DNA from: an uncultured Bacilli bacterium | GTDB lineage: Bacteria > Bacillota_I > Bacilli_A > RFN20 > CAG-826 | DNA length: 64,000 nucleotides | Direction of reading: 5' to 3' | Assembly (NCBI GenBank): GCA_944369075.1 | Contig: CALVXK010000004.1 | Span: 9,078 to 73,077, forward strand | In this document: in pieces, positions 59,773 to 64,000 of the stretch | How the letters are laid out: each line of letters begins with the position of its first letter | How positions within the stretch are numbered: the first letter of the stretch is position 1 | Notes under the pieces: model-generated | Databases searched by the model: none | What the model was told of the DNA's origin: nothing | Seen by the model: the letters and a program-made list of their open reading frames with translations, nothing else | Position numbers and translations under genes: made by a program

Positions 59773-60832
59773 TTGGAAAATCTTTTACTCTACCTACTCT
59801 TCCAGCTATTTGAATCAATGCTGCTGAATTATATAATTCGCTATCACTATTAAAAATAATTACCTGTAAGTTTTTTAAAGTAACTCCTCTTTCTAATACC
59901 GAGGTAGTTACTAAAAATGAGTATTTATTATTTCGAAAATCTTCGACTAATTTCCCTCTTTCTTTTCTTTTTGAATGGACAAAGTTTCCGGACTTTATAA
60001 ATAATTTAACTATAGAAAATAAAGCTTCACATTCTTTAATTGTTGCACAAAATACTAGTACTGGTTTCTTTTCTTTTTCATACTCTTTTAGTTTTTTAAT
60101 TACGAATAATTCTTTAAATATAGAATATCTTATTTTTACTTTAGGAACTGGTAAAGGATGATGGTGATAACGATGAAATAATGTTAACATTTCGTGATTC
60201 TTTTGTTTAAATTCTTCAATAACTTTCTCGCTTGGTGTGGCTGACATTAAACAATAATTACCTTTAATTGATCTTAAAAATAATGCATGTAAAACATCGT
60301 TATCACGATAAGGAAAAGTATCTATTTCATCTAAAATTAATAGGTCAAAATAATGATTATAACGGTAAAGTTGGTGTGTTGTTAAAACGATTATATCACC
60401 TTCTTTTTCTTTTGTATTTCCTCCATAAATAGCGATAACTTTATTGTTTGAAAATGAACTTGCTAATCTATTTCTTAATTCAATTACTACATCTCTTCTA
60501 GGGATAGCAAACCCAACATGTTGAGACAAACTTAATGCATATTCAATTACTCTAAAAACTAGTTCTGTTTTGCCCGCTCCACAAACTGCATAAATAAGCG
60601 TGTTAATCTTATTTTTATAGTTTTCAAGAACTTTCATAGAAATATTATCTTGTTCAGGTGAAAGAGTGTAGTTTATTGTAAGTAAATTGGTTTCGTATTT
60701 GGTTTTGTTATATATTGTTTCATCAACTACTTCACCTTGGAAAGAAATACATCTTCTACAATAAGTTTTGCCATTTCTAATTCCTAAATATTTTTCATCA
60801 CTATTTCCGCAAAGCGGGCAGACATAACTAAT
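59684..60832 (-). CDS. comFA: ComFA-type competence helicase (DEAD/DEAH box), probably starting at a non-canonical ATT codon
   Basis: Walker A AVCGAGKTE and DExD LILDEID. The in-frame upstream extension from the ORF-track ATG (60637) encodes the expected N-terminal zinc finger CPLCGNS...CRRC. It runs back to an ATT codon (60830-60832) placed 6 nt after a perfect SD AAGGGGGTGA. Confidence 0.6.
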   Translation of the reverse strand: MSYVCPLCGNSDEKYLGIRNGKTYCRRCISFQGEVVDETIYNKTKYETNLLTINYTLSPEQDNISMKVLENYKNKINTLIYAVCGAGKTELVFRVIEYALSLSQHVGFAIPRRDVVIELRNRLASSFSNNKVIAIYGGNTKEKEGDIIVLTTHQLYRYNHYFDLLILDEIDTFPYRDNDVLHALFLRSIKGNYCLMSATPSEKVIEEFKQKNHEMLTLFHRYHHHPLPVPKVKIRYSIFKELFVIKKLKEYEKEKKPVLVFCATIKECEALFSIVKLFIKSGNFVHSKRKERGKLVEDFRNNKYSFLVTTSVLERGVTLKNLQVIIFNSDSELYNSAALIQIAGRVGRVKDFPSGDIYYVSKKRTKEMDKSIRTIEGYNKDL

Positions 60833-60902
60833 AAAAAATCACCCCCTTACTATACAAGAATGTTTTAATGGAGGTGATTTATCCCTATAAATTTAAAAAA
60901 AA

Positions 60903-61343
60903 TTATTTATTTTCAAAATCAATGATTGTTTGAACTCTTTTTTCGTGTCTTCCACCTTCAAACTTTGAATTCATATAGATGTGAACTCTATTTAAAACTT
61001 CGCCGAAAGTCATAAAGTTTGCACCAAAAGCAATAGCATTTGCATTATTATGTTCTTTAGCTAGATGAGCCACTTCATCATTATATAAAATTGCACATCT
61101 TACTCCTTTAACTTTGTTAGCAGCAATTGATACTCCTTCACCACTATTACAAATTAAAATTGCAAAATCAGCATCGTTACTTCCAACCTTTAATGCAGTT
61201 TTTAAAGCAAATTCGGCATAATTACAACTTTCTTTTGAAAAAGTTCCATTATCAATAAGAGTGTGACCTTCTTTTTCTAATTCTTCAATTAATCTTGCTT
61301 TATAATCAAATCCACCATGATCTGAACCAATAGAAATTCTCAT
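60903..61343 (-). CDS. rpiB: ribose-5-phosphate isomerase B
   Basis: MRISIGSDHGGFDYK N-terminus and 146-aa length of the RpiB/LacAB fold. Confidence 0.85.
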   Translation of the reverse strand: MRISIGSDHGGFDYKARLIEELEKEGHTLIDNGTFSKESCNYAEFALKTALKVGSNDADFAILICNSGEGVSIAANKVKGVRCAILYNDEVAHLAKEHNNANAIAFGANFMTFGEVLNRVHIYMNSKFEGGRHEKRVQTIIDFENK

Positions 61344-61345
61344 AA

Positions 61346-61960
61346 TTATTTATTAATCTCCTTTAAAATATCGTCAAGTTTGATATTTCCTTGCCTTAAA
61401 AGTATAACATTATCTCCATCGACTTTAATAACTGTTGAAGGAACATTTGACTTTGTTTCACCTTCGACAATAGCTGCTAAACCATCCTTGAAGTACTCAT
61501 AAACTTCTTTTGAATTTTTTGCTGGTGGTAAATCACTAGGATTTGCCGAAGGCACTAATAAAGGTTCATTCAAAGTATCAATAAGTTTTAAAACATATGA
61601 TGAATTTGGAATTCTAATACCAATAAATCCAGTTCCTAAATCTAAATATTGTGGAATATTTGACTTAGATTTAACAATAATAGTAAGTTCGCCAGGAGTA
61701 AATTTATTTATGATTTTTTTAGAAACATCGTTAAGCTCTACATAGTCTTTTACTTGTTCGATGTTTGAAATCATTAAAGTAAAAGGTTTATCTGGATGAC
61801 GATGTTTAATTTTAACAAGTTTATCGAAATTTTCTTTTGAAGTTGATAAAACAGCAAGACCATAAACAGTTTCTGTTGGAAAAGCTATAATTTCTCCTTT
61901 TTTTAAGAAGTCACATGCTTCTTTTATTTGATTTTCGTTAAGAAATATCATCGCTTTCAT
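61346..61960 (-). CDS. tsaC: L-threonylcarbamoyladenylate synthase, short YrdC/TsaC form
   Basis: YrdC motif IIAFPTETVYGLAV. Length 204 aa, without a Sua5 C-terminal domain. Confidence 0.8.
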   Translation of the reverse strand: MKAMIFLNENQIKEACDFLKKGEIIAFPTETVYGLAVLSTSKENFDKLVKIKHRHPDKPFTLMISNIEQVKDYVELNDVSKKIINKFTPGELTIIVKSKSNIPQYLDLGTGFIGIRIPNSSYVLKLIDTLNEPLLVPSANPSDLPPAKNSKEVYEYFKDGLAAIVEGETKSNVPSTVIKVDGDNVILLRQGNIKLDDILKEINK

Positions 61961-62801
61961 AACCTCCTAAAATAAATAAAAATCTTGTTTTGCCAAAACT
62001 ATCTTTTTGAAAACGATACATTGAGTTGTTTTCATCAAAATATTTATAAATTAAATCAGTAAGTTTATCTTCTTGATCGTAATTAATTTCAAAAGCCATT
62101 AAAAACTTATCTTTCATTATATCTTTATAATTTTTGAAGATTTCTTCGTAAAAATACGTTCCATTTTCGACATAAATCGCATTTAATGGTTCATATTTTT
62201 TTACGTTTTCTGCAATATCTTCCATTTTCTCAACATATGGAGGATTAGAAATAAGAATATCAAATTTTTTATTCAAGGCTTTTGCTGGTTCTAATATATT
62301 TCCGACTAAAAACTTTACATCTAAGTTATTATTTTTAGCATTTTTAAAAGCGATTTTAATAGCTTCACTAGAAATATCTGTGCCATACACTTCACTTTCA
62401 TTAAATTCTTTCTTTAAAGAAATAGCAATTATACCGGAGCCAGTGCAAACATCAATAATGTTTTCACGTGGTAATTTATTTGCACGAATAACACCAATAG
62501 TTTCTTGAATTAACTCTTCAGTTTCTGGTCGAGGAATTAATACATTTTTATCAACATAAAAATTCATTCCAATATATTCATGCTTATTAAAAAGATAATC
62601 TAAAGGCTCGTCATTGTTTGCACGTGAAAATAAATTTAAAGCCATTTTCTCGTCTTTACACTCTTTATCAAACTTAATAATTAAATCAGTAAATGAATTT
62701 AACTCATTTACGTGAATTAAAATCTCATAAAGCATAGAGTCAGTTACATAGTCACTAACTCTATTTTTTCTCATATCAAAAAATAATTCTCTATTAGTCA
62801 A
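61938..62801 (-). CDS. prmC: release factor glutamine methyltransferase PrmC (HemK)
   Basis: SAM-binding VCTGSGIIAI and the NPPY motif ILISNPPY. Confidence 0.85.
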   Translation of the reverse strand: MTNRELFFDMRKNRVSDYVTDSMLYEILIHVNELNSFTDLIIKFDKECKDEKMALNLFSRANNDEPLDYLFNKHEYIGMNFYVDKNVLIPRPETEELIQETIGVIRANKLPRENIIDVCTGSGIIAISLKKEFNESEVYGTDISSEAIKIAFKNAKNNNLDVKFLVGNILEPAKALNKKFDILISNPPYVEKMEDIAENVKKYEPLNAIYVENGTYFYEEIFKNYKDIMKDKFLMAFEINYDQEDKLTDLIYKYFDENNSMYRFQKDSFGKTRFLFILGGYESDDIS

Positions 62802-63873
62802 TTTTGTTACCCTTAATTAATTGTTCTTGCTCGTAATTTGTTAAAGCTTCAATAATATCATCGAGCTCACCTTCCATAACTCTATCAAGTTTTTGGACTG
62901 TAAAACCGATTCTATGATCAGTCACTCTATTTTGAGGATAGTTATAGGTTCTAATCTTTTCGTTTCTGTCTCCAGAACCAACTTTAGATCTAAATGAAGC
63001 TTCTTTTGCTTGTTTCTTTTCTTCTTCAAGTTGAGCTAATTTAGATGCTAACATTTGCATACAAATTTCATGGTTTTGAATTTGTGATTTTTCTGTTTGA
63101 CAAGAAACAACAATACCTGTAGGAATATGTGTAATTCTAACTGCTGATTCAGTTTTATTAACGTTTTGACCACCAGCTCCTTGAGAACGATATCTATCAA
63201 CTCTTAAATCTTCTGTTCTAATATGAACTTCATCAACTTCAACTTGTGGCATAACAACTACTGTTGCAGTAGAGGTATGAATTCTACCACTTGCCTCAGT
63301 CTTTGGAACTCTTTGAACTCTATGGACTCCACTTTCATATTTTAAGTGAGAATAAGCATCTGCCCCACTAACTATAAAAGAAACATAGGAATAGCCGCCA
63401 ACTCCACAAGGAGTTTCGTCTAAAATTTTAACTTTATATCCTTCTTTATCGCAGTATCTTACATACATTCTAAATAAGTCACCAGCAAAAATATTAGCTT
63501 CATCTCCACCGACTGCGCCTTTAATTTCAAAAATAATATCTTTACCATCATTAGGATCTTTAGGAATTAGTAAAATACGAAGTTCATCAATAATTTTTTC
63601 CATTAAAGCATCGTTATTTTTAATTTCATCTTTGCCCATGGCAGCAATTTCTGGGTCGGAATCATTAGCCATAACTAAAGCATCTTGTTTATTCTTTTCG
63701 GCTAATTTATATTCATTATATTTTTCAACAATTGGTTCTAAGTCACTTCTTTCTTTACTTAAAGATTTAAATAATTTCATATCTTTAGATGTATCTTCTT
63801 TAAGTAATAAATCATCAATTTCTTGAATTCTATTCTTACTCGCTATAAGTCTATCTTCCATGTTCTTTTCCAT
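62794..63873 (-). CDS. prfA: peptide chain release factor 1
   Basis: GGQ motif RSQGAGGQNVNKTESAVRITHIPTGIVV and PxT-type recognition region. Confidence 0.95.
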   Translation of the reverse strand: MEKNMEDRLIASKNRIQEIDDLLLKEDTSKDMKLFKSLSKERSDLEPIVEKYNEYKLAEKNKQDALVMANDSDPEIAAMGKDEIKNNDALMEKIIDELRILLIPKDPNDGKDIIFEIKGAVGGDEANIFAGDLFRMYVRYCDKEGYKVKILDETPCGVGGYSYVSFIVSGADAYSHLKYESGVHRVQRVPKTEASGRIHTSTATVVVMPQVEVDEVHIRTEDLRVDRYRSQGAGGQNVNKTESAVRITHIPTGIVVSCQTEKSQIQNHEICMQMLASKLAQLEEEKKQAKEASFRSKVGSGDRNEKIRTYNYPQNRVTDHRIGFTVQKLDRVMEGELDDIIEALTNYEQEQLIKGNKID

Positions 63874-64000
63874 ATACTTCCTCCCACAATAAAAACTATC
63901 TTTAATCTAATACAAAATCTATTAAAATAAATTTAATATCTCGTAAACGTAGATATTATATTAAAAAGCAAGTTCATTTTAAATAATAATATTATTTAAG

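Overview
This is a very AT-rich (about 27% GC) Firmicutes/Mollicutes-type chromosomal segment that uses the standard genetic code. Long ORFs are not interrupted by TGA, and an RF2 gene with the classic CTT-TGA-C frameshift site is present, so this is not a TGA=Trp Mycoplasma. Genes are densely packed and mostly on the minus strand. The content is largely core housekeeping. Gene fragments and operons, in order: galU (3' truncated at the window edge); a MarR-controlled heterodimeric ABC exporter pair; yebC; the truA-ecfT-ecfA2-ecfA1 operon; a five-gene operon of membrane-anchored protein, pepT, LRR surface protein, double-zinc-ribbon membrane protein and comEB-like dCMP deaminase. Also present: smpB; an NAD-dependent epimerase; a metal-resistance locus (copA, flavodoxin, cadC-HMA-cadA); a giant 1579-aa secreted protein; sdaA; whiA; a ppaX-like HAD hydrolase; an enlarged lgt; uvrA; an Fe-ADH; a macro-domain protein; degV; a YolD-like protein; eno; an HTH-WYL regulator; tmRNA (ssrA); a Nudix hydrolase; secG; a membrane GT2 glycosyltransferase; uvrB; a YitT-family protein. 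The window ends with prfB (programmed +1 frameshift), secA, comFC-comFA, rpiB, tsaC, prmC and prfA. Points the six-frame ORF track misses: the RF2 frameshift N-terminus; a probable ATT start codon for comFA that restores its zinc finger; the tmRNA gene and its promoter; several rho-independent terminators; and palindromic operator candidates (MarR, CadC/ArsR). No CRISPR arrays, rRNA, tRNA, transposases or integrases were recognised. The most likely carriers of undescribed biology are the pepT / LRR / zinc-ribbon operon, the split cadmium-ATPase locus, the orphan WYL regulator beside ssrA, and the giant secreted protein.
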